Assembly (NCBI GenBank): GCA_964016885.1
Contig: OZ024745.1
Location: 108,004,001-108,068,000, forward strand
Origin: Eledone cirrhosa
Taxonomy: Eukaryota
Direction of reading: 5' to 3'
DNA length: 64,000 nt
Positions 35,901-45,764 of this stretch are shown one piece after another. The translations under genes and the position numbers were made by a program. The notes beneath the pieces are model-generated. The model did no database searches, was not told where the DNA came from, and was given only the letters and a program-made list of their open reading frames with translations. Position 1 is the stretch's first letter; every line of letters starts with the position of its first letter.

Positions 35901-38900
35901 AATTTGTCCCCTCATCCATATAGGAAGCCAGTAACTCCAAATAAGAACTGACTCAGGCCATGGCGACAGTCCAACCCATGCCAACATGGAAAGCAAATGT
36001 AAAATAATGATAATTTAACTTTTTTTTTTTCTTTCCAGTTAAATTCTTTGGGTGACATTTTCTATCAAGCATATGGTGTAACTAATAAATATGAAGACAA
36101 AACATGTTCTGCTGGTCCTGGAGACAACATTGTAAAACATTCAGAAGAAGTTGTTAATATCAGTAAAAACTGGTTGAAGCATCTTGAAAACCAACTGGAA
36201 AACAAATGCTCTCAAGCCAAGATGCAACAGCCAACATATGATTTGAGAAGTAAGCATATATTTCTGGTGTTGTTCACTTTTGAAGTAGAGTGTATATTTG
36301 CTGTTCTCTATATAGTTCTAATGAAAGCGTGTGGCATTGGGGTTAGGGAATTCGGCTCATGATCGTACAGTCATGAGTTCGATTCCCAGCAGCGCGCTGT
36401 GTTCTTGAGCAAGACACTTTATTTCACATTGCTACAGTTCACTCAGCTGACAAAAATGAGTTGTACCTGTGGTTCGAAGGGTCATCCATGTCACACCGAA
36501 TCTCCCTGAGAACTATGTTGAGGGTACACATGTTTGTGGAATGCTCAGCCACTTGCATATTAATTTCACGAGCAGGCTGGTCCGTTGATCAGATCATCTG
36601 AAACACATCATAACTGACAGAGTGCCTTCCATATTCTTCTAAACAATAATCTTTGGTACTGCTTTGTTGTGAATTGACAGTTTATTTCCAATATTAATCC
36701 AGTAAAGAGATATTTATTTTTACTTGGTCGGTCTGAGGGAAGGGACAGTGCCCACGGCCTTCACAGGCAAACCTCCAAGACAAGTGAGATTAGTGCTATT
36801 GGTATTTTGTTTAAATTGTTGCAGCTCAACTCCTTTAGAAAAAGACATGAGCAAGGAGGGAGTTCCAGATGTCCTATATTCTGGGCAGAAAGAACTGGGC
36901 ATGGTAGTTAGTGTGGTGCCTAGTGGTTGATCACAACATGGGTGATAGGAGTAGAAGGAGAAATAAGAAAATCCGGAATACCTAGATGGAGACTTAAGTT
37001 CAGCAAGCTCCAAGGAGAAGGAGTAGAGGAAAGAGTCAGAACATGTTATCAGAGACTAGAGAGTGTTAGTGGAAGAGTAAACAGTTCCTATCTCAGAACT
37101 TACATTATACTGTCTATAGTGAAGGCATTTAACCCTTTAGCATTTACATTACTCTATATATATACTACTATATTTTCATGGTAATCACTTTATTTCACAT
37201 AATTATCTCATATAATATCAAATCTATGAGATTTTGATATTATTTATTTTGAAAACAATCCCTTAAAATCAGTATGAGTGACCAGTTATGGCTGGTTTCA
37301 GCAGAAAGAAGTGAGAGAATTTTGGCCGGATATGGCCGGTTTAAATACTAAGAGGTTAAATCTCAATGCACTGACTCACTTAAGAGCTCTTTGTGTGTAT
37401 AAGTTATATAGCAGCACTATAACTTATGGATGTGTTGTTGACTTGTTGCATTTCTAAGTCTAAATGTAAGTAGTTAAATTAGTGTTAACATATTTAATAC
37501 AAGGTGTATCAAATAGACAAGTTGAAATAAATAAGCTCTGAGAAAAATATAGAGTAAAAGACTCTTCAGTCATGCTGAGTACATGGCAACTTCTTTAATG
37601 CTGATGCCATGATAAAATGCACCGTGTACACTCTGAAAAGTGATTGGGGCTAAGAAGGGCACCCTGCCATAGAAGCCTTACCAAAATATGGAACGTATGA
37701 GCAAGAACTGGTTCTCTAACCTGTCCAACTCATACCAGCACAGAAAACATAAAATAATAAAAATAATGGTGATGATGATATTGAACTCTGGACGTACTTC
37801 ATTTTAATTTTGACCACATTTGTAAAGCATATACTTCACAACACTTGCCAAAGTACTGATGAGTATGTAAATTCACTGTGTAAGTCTACAAAATTGTAAC
37901 ACTGGTTGGTAGAGAAAACTATACTTGAAAAATAAGTTGTATCAGATAAATTTTGACAACAGCACACTACATAGAAATAAAAGTATTCAGTGGTGCCGGA
38001 ACAGGTCATGGCCTGCACTATTCTTCTGTTGCTATGGTTGTATATGATGGTTGTGCTCACTTCTTCAAATTGATACTTTCATTTCTTGCATTGTTTGTCT
38101 ATCCTTTTTGTTTTTAATGTTTTATTTTATTATTTCTGGTTATGTTGATATTTTTTAATATCAATTTTTATGTTGATTTTAGCCCTTTAGCATTTACATT
38201 ACTCTATATTTACCATTCTATTTTCACAGTAAAGACTTTACCTCACATAATATCAAATCTATGAGATTTTGATATCATTGGTGGCACAGAGATTGTGATG
38301 TGGTAGTGAATGAATATTTGCCATCATTTGATTGACTATCTTTTAGGTGTGCTCTAGGACATTTGTATGTATGTATGTATGTGAGTGAGTGAAAGAGAGA
38401 GACAGTAGCTATCAACTGATCAAAGCTGAAATATTTTCAGCCACTGAAAAGGAAGGTTAGTCTTTTGGATACTAATTTAGCTATGTGAGATTGTCCAGAA
38501 AAGATTACCAGAGATTATGAAACTTTATATTTTTACTGACTTGGAAGGCTTACATAACCCAAGATATTTTACACTTGAAAAAAAAAAAGACAGGATAGTC
38601 ACAGCTTGAACACTTTTGGAACTACAAGAGAGTGTGAGGAACTTTGATATAGTTTGGAAATAAAAATAAATTGGTACAAATTGTAATTGAATTTTCATTT
38701 TTCAGGTATATTTCAAAGCTCAAAAGGCCATGTGTTGTGTCATCTATGCATGCCTCAGTGCCATAACAGTGATATCGATTCTGATGATGATGAAATCATT
38801 TCAGGGTTATGCAATTCATGCCATACCTCTCTTTTGTCTAGCAAACATTTAGTTAGTGCTATTAAAGTGGTGAGTATTACTCTGTTATGATTCTTTTTAC

Positions 38901-40242
38901 CTACTTTTAGATAAGATACTGAGAAAGCAATTTCTAAATAAGTTTATCTTCAAAGTGCATCTTCCATTCTGTTACATAATCAGAAGATATATTTGATCCC
39001 AATATTAACTATGAAGTTAACAAACAAAAATTAATAGGAATTTTTCTATATGAATATTTTGCATTACAACTATTATAGGAATTCTTTTCTTTGTATCTCT
39101 GTACTTCAACAATAAGAAGCATTTTAAGGCCATCTTCTGTTCTAAAGCAGAGGTTAGCCTTGCAGGCCTCATGACAAATGTTTTCACTTTTCCCTTATTA
39201 TCGATGATGCCCGTACCTCCTCCTCATAAACCTCCTGCATAGTTTTAGCTATGTCTTTTTTTGTCTTCCTTTTCGTCTACCTCTTTACACATTCATTTTC
39301 ATCATTCCTCTCACCCAGTCACTTTCATCCTTCCTCAACCCAACCCAACCAAGTCATTCCATTTTTCTTCACAACATCCATCGCTGGCTCTATTCCAATC
39401 TTCCTCTGCAGTTTATTGTTTGTCATCCTTTCCCTCAGCGATACTGCACTCTTCTACCAGACCATTCTCATTTCTGCTCTTTCCAACTTTTTCTGTTTCT
39501 TGCTCCCATAAGTCATGGCACTTCTCACACATGCAGCATGCGTCTTTCCCTTCAGTTTCAGTAACTTCTTCCAAGCACACCTCACTTTAGGTACTGTCAG
39601 AGGTTTCATTCAATTTATCTCCAAGGTAACAAAACGTTTTCACCTCTTCCTTCGTCACACTATTACCAAGAGTCATCTCAACATCCTCTCCATTTGTAGC
39701 TTCCTCCATATCCACTTTACACTGTACCTCTGCGTATCAATATATTTCAAATAACCCATAGCTTTCCTTGTATATGGCATGTTAAACAGAGCTGGGCTGT
39801 GTATCTACTTAATAAAAAAAGCAACATTAGAATAACAACTGTAAGAACAATTTCGATTTACTTCGCTTAATAAATTATAAAACTGCTTAACTTCAGTCAA
39901 TTCCAAGATTCTAGAACAGACATTAAAGTAAACTAATTAATCTATTACATTCAGGCATGGTTGTGAAGTTAAACATTTTATTTTGCAACTAATTGATTCC
40001 CTGACTTTGAGTTGTCAAAAGGCATAGGGAGCTGCTTGCAGTGGCTTGATGATGTCATCTCCAAAGAGCAACAGTTGGATAAGATGTTGCAATATTTCAT
40101 TATTATTATTGTTATTATTATTATTATATCATGACTATTATTATATACACTGTTCATTTTCCTGACATTTGTACATTATTCTATGTACTATACATGCACC
40201 TTTGATGAGTTGTAGTGCACCTGAGCACTGTACACAATAATT

Positions 40243-40273
<31 letters not shown>

Positions 40274-43200
40274 AGACAAATAGTGAAAGTTCTTTGCCTA
40301 GTTCACCATGGGTAGCAATTTTAAGAAGTCTTCTTTCTGGTTTGGCAGACTTTATAGTGTCATATTAAAACTTATTTGTTATTGGTTCTAGTACTCTGAG
40401 TTCAAATTCTGTTGAGGCTAATTTTGCCTTTCATTCTTTCAAGGTTGATAAATGAAGTACCAGCCCACCACAGCTTCAGTTTCCAACTGTTCAGCTTCAT
40501 CCTTTAGCATTTTCATTACTCTATACTTACTGTTATATTTTTGAGGTGAAGATTTTACCTCACATATCGAATCTATGAGATTTTGATATTATTTATTTTG
40601 AGAACAATACCTTAACATAAGTATGAGAAGCTGGTTACGGCCCCTTTGAATAGAAGGAGGTGAGAGAATTCTGGCCGAATATGGCTGGTTTAAATGCTAA
40701 AGGATTAAACATCTTGTCTAACCCATGCTAGCATGGAAGAACGGACGTAAAACGGTGTTGATGATGATGTAAAAGCAATCATGAAAAATGTTAACTAAAC
40801 AACATTAATGAAAGAAACCATAACAACATCCTCAACAGAGTTGTCCACTGCAGTACAGTTGTTTCTCTAGCAAAACATGTTGTACAGGGTAAAAAAGGCT
40901 GGCTGTGATGCTTGCATGCAATGTGTAATGCTGCATGGTAGTAAAACATGGGCGGTAAATGCAGAAGATGTGCAAAGGCTGGAGAGAAATGAAGCAAGCA
41001 TGCTTCGATGGATGTCTTTAAATCTGTTACTGGTTGAGAGGACTTTCAGCTTCCAGATCTTTCTTCTCCAGGTTGGCCTGTTTCAGGGCTCGTCTAGTTC
41101 TGACCGTGAGGTCGCTGACAACTAAGCTATGTTGGGATGTACATTCCTCACTAGGGAAGGCTTACTGTGCCTGAATGAAGAAGCATGGATGAGCTGAGAG
41201 AAAAACTGGGTATAAAAGAGACCAGATTTAGTAGAGGAAGACCTGGGCCAAGATTGTGAGAACTGATCTCATATTGCTGAAATAGAGATGATGAAAGAAC
41301 ACAAGTAGGGGTATGCCGTGCTGGAAAATACCCATGCAAGCATGGAAAAGTAGGGATAAATGATACTAAGATGATATTTCAGCCCTTTAAAAGTTCTGCT
41401 TCACAGTTATGTGAGTAGGTGTGTTTATCAATAAATATTTATGTTAGTAAACATGCAAGAAACATTATTAAATTGATAATGATTGACAAAACTATTTCAC
41501 AAATGCTATTTTGTTTTTCATTTATGTTAAGGATGGCATCACAAAATCATCATCAGGAACCAGTTATGATGCTACACCACCATCTTTTGATCATCTAAAA
41601 GATGAAAACAGAAAACTGTCAAAGAAATTATATAAAGATTGGTATGAAGTAGAGTTAAGTTCTGATGATGATGACCATGAGGTTGATGTTGATGCTGTTG
41701 ATGTTGGTGATGTTGATGCTGTTGATGTTGGTGATGATGGCAGTGATGTAGAAATGAAGTCACAGGACAACAGAGATGATGCAAGTGATAGTTCAAAATC
41801 TTTCCCAAAAGAAACAGCCTTATCTAACACTGTAAGTACTTCTGTCATGATTTATTGTCATATTATATGCACCTTATATAGGGCGATGGATTGGCAGTAT
41901 CAGTAGAGCGTTGGACACCATGCTTCATGGCAGAGAGTTACGGCCCTTTACGTTCTGAGTTCAAATCTCACTGAGGTTTGCTTTGCCTCTCATCCTTATG
42001 GGGGTGATAAAATAATGTGCCAATGAGTACTGGGATCGATTTAATCAACTTTCCCTGCTGGCCTTGTGCCTAAAGTAGAAAAAATATTATATGCACCTTA
42101 TGTAAAGCATTTTCTTTTAATTACAGTTCTATCAGTGTAAAAGACCTTGCTAAGAAGTGGGTAGATAAGGTAATCAAAGTAGTTAAAGTAAGCAACGAAT
42201 TATCAAACTTAGAATAGTCATAGGCAATAGACCAACAACAATTATCTCTAGCTATACGCCACAAGCAGGACTAAATAATGAACAAAACAACCACTTTTAT
42301 GAACAACTTTTACAAACAACCCAAGTTATTGATGTCAGAGACCTTTTCATCCTAGCAGGCTACTTTAATGGACATGTTGGACAGCACAAGGATGGCTACA
42401 CCAGTGTATATGGTAGCTATGGCTCAAGAAATGAAGAGGGGGAATGAGACTCCTGGAATTCTGTGATGCAAATGATTTAACCATTTACAACACTAACATC
42501 AGGAAACTGGCTAACTACCAAGTGAATACCTGAGCCAGATTGACTTCATATTAGAAAAATAAGATAGACAGATGGTTAGAAATATTATGACCTTCTCTGG
42601 AGAAGAATGCACTGCCCAACTAGTTATTAGCGACATCAAAATAAGTTCAAGACAGAAGAGGAAACTGGAAAATCTGGTAGAAAAGAGTTAGGAGGCTAAA
42701 AGACCTTTCTGTTAAGTGTAGGTTCAGGAAAGCTTTATTTGAAGCATATGAGAAGTAAGACAAGATAGACACAAATGACATAGAGGACAATTGGAAGTTC
42801 TTGCTTGATAACCTACTACAGATTACTGAAAAGGCTTGGGGCTCGAGCAAAGCACCAGCCAAAGAGAGGGTGACCTGTTGCTGGAAAAGCACAGTAGATA
42901 GAGCCATTAAAGCCAAGAGACAGGTGTGGAATGACTGGAAAAATAGGGGCAGCACAGACCAGTACCAGGTAGCTAAAAGATAGGCTAGACGTCAGGTGCC
43001 ACTCAGTTTCACAGTGTAAATGTGGTTGGTGTTAGGAAGGACTTCCAGCTGTAAAAACAACAGCCAAAATACAGTACCATTTGAGCAAAGCACAGCATGG
43101 CCAGCTGCCCAGACTTGTATCATAACATGGACGACCCGTCAAGCATGGAAAAATAGACGTTAAACAGTCATGATGATGATGACATATATGTCACCATTTA

Positions 43201-44229
43201 TGGTCTATTCTTCTATGCTATTGTATGTGCCTATAAAAAAGAAAAAAAACTTTTTCGTGGCTGTAATAATTCATCATCATCATCATCGTTTAACATCTGT
43301 TTTCCACGCTAGCATGGGCTAGACGGGAATTGTCCCACTTGAGGCAAGATTGATCGGGTGACCGTGTCTCATTCGTATAGGACTGTATCTGGCAGATTTA
43401 CAATGGCTGGATGCCCTCCCTAACACCAACCACATTTACAGTGTGGACTGGGAGCCTTTTTTCTGTCTCCTACATGACCACTTTACAGCATGGACTGGGT
43501 GTTTTTTTGCTGTGACACCTACATGACCTCTTTAGTTTGGACTGGATGCTGTGGTACCAATATAACTTTACAGAGAAAGGGTGGTATTGGTGGGAACGTT
43601 AATGATTTTACCTAATGAGAGTTATGTATATTTATACTTTTATGATAGTCAATATTTCTCTTTTTGTGTTCCAGGTGGAATGGTCTGGCAGCGAGAGTGC
43701 TTGTGGAAATGATTCCACTGTAAATACTGAATTTGATAAAGTATTTGGTACACAACAGACTCAACATGTAGCATCTCCACCAACACATCTTAAATCTTTA
43801 AGCCAACAAACAATTTCATCGACTGTTTTGCAAGAATCAGACAAACACAAAACTGAGTCTATCAAATTAGCAAATTCTCAGCCACTCATACCAATCAACT
43901 CACAAACATTAGATCCCAATAGCATGTCACCAGCACTATCACAAGTATTGCATTCTAATGATATCTTGCAAAGAAAAAAACTGCATATGCACACTACTAG
44001 CCGATTAAAATTGTCAACTCGTTCAAAAATTAATCAGTTTGAAGCTGGTTTCGAAAGATCACCCACTCATTTAAAAGTGCGTCAACCACTTGAAATATTT
44101 CCTAAGAGGAAAATTTCATTATTTTCACAAGAATTTAAGACTCCTTCCAACATCAACTCATCTCTTTTAAGATATGCCAGTCAATCTGTAAAACCAAATC
44201 AGAAGCAAAAATACCAGGAAGGATTTTAA
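16761..44229 (+). CDS. TAF1C: TATA box-binding protein-associated factor RNA polymerase I subunit C-like; 15 coding exons, 2778 nt, ~925 aa
   Basis: All 15 exons join in frame at GT-AG sites. Motifs recalled from TAF1C: SPYILGECLV, HYASHPRSFVL, LFLLDERFLSHPVLQWQHML, MYVFQLNSLGDIFYQ and a C-terminal ...GF*. Confidence 0.85.
18584..18804. mobile_element. piggyBac-type MITE (family D)
   Basis: TTAA-CCCTTTAGCATTTA...TAAATTCTAAAGGG-TTAA. Further copies at ~34800-34998, 37130-37359, 40500-40708, 44415-44582, 45828-45977, 47148-47363, 58692-58900 and 58977-59192. Confidence 0.85.
18828..19041. mobile_element. mariner-type MITE
   Basis: TA-tgaggggggtgttgaaaagttcctggctt ... aagccaggaacttttcagcactcctca-TA. 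Confidence 0.85.
19068..19174 (+). CDS. TAF1C: TAF1C coding exon 2
   Basis: ctttcag|, (I)LQEHDAIG...TICHK, |gtaagt. The only open frame matches phase 1. Confidence 0.75.
19252..19442 (+). mobile_element. SINE family A, full-length copy
   Basis: tRNA-like head (tggcagtattgg A-box-like; gagttcaaatccc B-box) and tail ggccttgtgcc..aagtagaaacaatt. Other copies: 16352-16540, 24985-25145, 25210-25425, 27537-27725 and 41880-42088 (+); 15200-15300, 33605-33788, 48660-48850 and 58012-58176 (-). Confidence 0.85.
20677..20841 (+). CDS. TAF1C: TAF1C coding exon 3
   Basis: ttcacag|DKYWQNY...VRNIW|gtaaga, 165 nt. Confidence 0.8.
22107..22218 (+). CDS. TAF1C: TAF1C coding exon 4
   Basis: atgcag|HSNHKFIGGCL...GPGFNTI, donor |gtatcctt (U12-type), phase 1. 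Confidence 0.8.
22219..23061 (+). other. Probable U12-type (minor spliceosome) intron
   Basis: 5' GTATCCTT; branch-like TTTCTTAAC at 23047-23055; no polypyrimidine tract before the AG at 23060-61. Confidence 0.75.
23062..23181 (+). CDS. TAF1C: TAF1C coding exon 5
   Basis: (K)IIKPQMKDSG...QTLYET a|gtaagt, 120 nt. Confidence 0.75.
23852..23987 (+). CDS. TAF1C: TAF1C coding exon 6
   Basis: ttttcag|(T)YCLSRGNNKCFLY...VTSINL ag|gtttgt. Confidence 0.8.
24555..24892 (-). mobile_element. SINE family B (tRNA head, Meta-domain-like middle, RTE-derived 3' tail)
   Basis: Reverse complement of the plus copy at 25880-26212; a third copy lies at 30170-30490 (-). Confidence 0.8.
25880..26212 (+). mobile_element. 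SINE family B
   Basis: tggcttagtggttagagc...gagttcaattctc head; ccttgaacaagacactt middle; tail shared with the RTE 3' UTR; (gat)n end. Confidence 0.8.
26295..26366 (+). CDS. TAF1C: TAF1C coding exon 7
   Basis: ttttag|(S)PYILGECLVADHTSSVFLCDENK ag|gtgata. Confidence 0.8.
26620..27095 (+). mobile_element. 5'-truncated RTE LINE 3' end
   Basis: GRPKMTWDEVIKADL...DRDLWR, then 3' UTR and (gat)n tail. Confidence 0.8.
27782..27914 (+). CDS. TAF1C: TAF1C coding exon 8
   Basis: atttcag|(S)IQNVV...HYASHPRSFVLTNQSTMELMDIR|gtctgt. Confidence 0.85.
29089..29253 (+). CDS. TAF1C: TAF1C coding exon 9
   Basis: ttgcag|SSCKKPR...LFLLDERFLSHP|gtgagt. Confidence 0.88.
30574..32778 (+). mobile_element. Tigger/pogo-family DNA transposon with both TIRs; transposase frameshifted
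   Basis: TA-CAGTGGGTCCTCGATATACGGTA...TACCGTATATCGAGGACTCACTG-TA. ORF from ATG 30993 (MAPKRP) with CENP-B-like HTH (FKASKGWFDKFK), NYDETGLYW, LLVDNAP and QPMDQ; frameshifts in C-runs near 31925-31990. Confidence 0.93.
33007..33203 (+). CDS. TAF1C: TAF1C coding exon 10
   Basis: caacag|VLQWQHML...PWRISKP gg|gtatga. Confidence 0.88.
33270..34790 (+). mobile_element. Old degenerate RTE LINE RT region, interrupted by SINE A
   Basis: Fragments YKGKGDPLDC, LLYADDL and AMIYGSETW, with many stops. Confidence 0.7.
35315..35441 (+). CDS. TAF1C: TAF1C coding exon 11
   Basis: ttctag|(G)DLFYIE...GGMYVFQ|gtatga. Confidence 0.85.
36039..36249 (+). CDS. TAF1C: TAF1C coding exon 12
   Basis: ttccag|LNSLGDIFYQ...TYDLR a|gtaagc. 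Confidence 0.88.
38706..38869 (+). CDS. TAF1C: TAF1C coding exon 13
   Basis: tttcag|(S)IFQSSKGHVLCHLC...SAIKV|gtgagt. Confidence 0.8.
40145..40272 (+). mobile_element. 5'-truncated CR1-type LINE 3' end with (TTA)n tail
   Basis: Matches 57190-57297. Confidence 0.85.
41532..41831 (+). CDS. TAF1C: TAF1C coding exon 14 (acidic)
   Basis: gttaag|DGITK...TALSNT|gtaagt, 300 nt. Confidence 0.8.
42130..43182 (+). mobile_element. Degenerate RTE LINE (endonuclease region joined to 3' UTR; internally deleted)
   Basis: Similar to 1900-2790 on the opposite strand (FNGHVG, LLEFCDAND, AIKAKRQ), followed by the family 3' UTR. Confidence 0.75.
43675..44229 (+). CDS. TAF1C: TAF1C terminal coding exon 15
   Basis: ttccag|VEWSGS...KQKYQEGF*. 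Confidence 0.85.
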   Translation: MEWSGSESACGNDSTVNTEFDKVFGTQQTQHVASPPTHLKSLSQQTISSTVLQESDKHKTESIKLANSQPLIPINSQTLDPNSMSPALSQVLHSNDILQRKKLHMHTTSRLKLSTRSKINQFEAGFERSPTHLKVRQPLEIFPKRKISLFSQEFKTPSNINSSLLRYASQSVKPNQKQKYQEGF

Positions 44230-45599
44230 TCATGTACTTTTAAAAAAAGTAGGATTGAAGTGCTGTGGGTTATATAAGCAAACTGTTTGCTAATGTCTTG
44301 TTCCGGTCCTCAACTTAAGCAGACAGAATTCTATAAAGGCTTGCAGTAGAAATAACCCATGTTTTATCTACTATCCAATTTCACCAAGTAAGTGATGACA
44401 GTGGATAAATTAGACTAGCATTTATACTGGCCATATCTGGCCAGAATCCTCTCATCTCTTTCTGTTCAAACCAGCAGTAACTGGCCACTCATACTGACGT
44501 CAAGGTATTGTTCTCAAAATAATATCAACAAAATCTCATAGCTTCAATATTATGTGAGGTAATGTAAATACTGAAGGGTTAAGCCAAGGGAGATATGGAG
44601 GATGTTCTGTCTTATGTGGTAGTGAAGAATTGGGATAATATGCAATGGTTTTATAAACCCTTCTCTTCTAGATAAAAGTCTAATCATCATCATTTTTCAC
44701 CTGATTTCTGTGCTGGCATGGGTTGCGTAAAAAAGAAAAAAGAAATAAAAAAAAGGGAAATCCCTTCTCTTCTAAATAATTTTGATACTTTGTAAATATG
44801 AGATGAAATTTGTAATGGTAAAACAATTTTAATGTTATTTGGAGTTAGCTATAATATACTACTGTAAGGTGCATGGCTTGGTGGTTAGAGCATTGGGCTT
44901 ACAATTGTGAGGTTGTGAGTTCGATTTTCAGACCAGGCTTTGAGCAAGACACTTTATTTCACATTGCTCCAGTTTACTCAGCTGTATCATCACTGGTACC
45001 AAACTGTATTGGTGATGTAGAGAGGGGAGACTGGTATGCATGGGCAACTACTGGTCTTGCTCGGAGATGAACTTTCTAGGTACAAATCCCATGGTCATTC
45101 GTGATCGAAGGGAGTCTTTACCCTTTACTACTGTAACCACCATTATTAGAATAAAAAAAATAATGACGGGCAGACTACTATCACAACATCTGCCACTGAC
45201 AGAACGCAAGGACTTGGCAGCAATGATATGTACACACAAACCCACCACCCCCACTACTCTAGTATAAAAGAACTTGTTGATGGATGTTAAATCGCTGCCA
45301 AGGTAACTCTATCTCTTGTTATTTTTTTACACCTTTCTTACATTCTCTACGTCTCTTTCTATGCTTCCTCCTACTTCTCTCTCAGCTCAATACCACCTGA
45401 TTTTGTTGAGGCTTCCAAAATGACTATTTATATATATATGTTTAAATTTGGTGGTTTACCACTGGGTAGAATTGGTCATTCTGCCCCAGATTGGATCAGA
45501 TGTGATCAAAAGAAATCATGAATCTATCAACCAAAAAAATAAAATTAAAATAAAAGTATATATATATATATATATATGATTAACATTTATATAAATATT

Positions 45600-45764
45600 T
45601 TATTTTCTTGTTGAATATAATCTATGTAATAAACTGTCTTTTTCTTCTAACTTCTCCATGAAAAGGTCCATCAGAGGAAGGACAAAATCATTACACGACT
45701 TGATGGTTTCTTCACACATTGTCACCCATTTGTAGTCCTTGTCATATTGTCCGTTGGTTGTATT
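45600..45764 (-). CDS. CNTLN: CNTLN-like terminal exon
   Basis: tgatag|NTTNGQYDKDYKW...LHRLYSTRK*, 165 nt. Confidence 0.8.
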   Translation of the reverse strand, partial: NTTNGQYDKDYKWVTMCEETIKSCNDFVLPLMDLFMEKLEEKDSLLHRLYSTRK

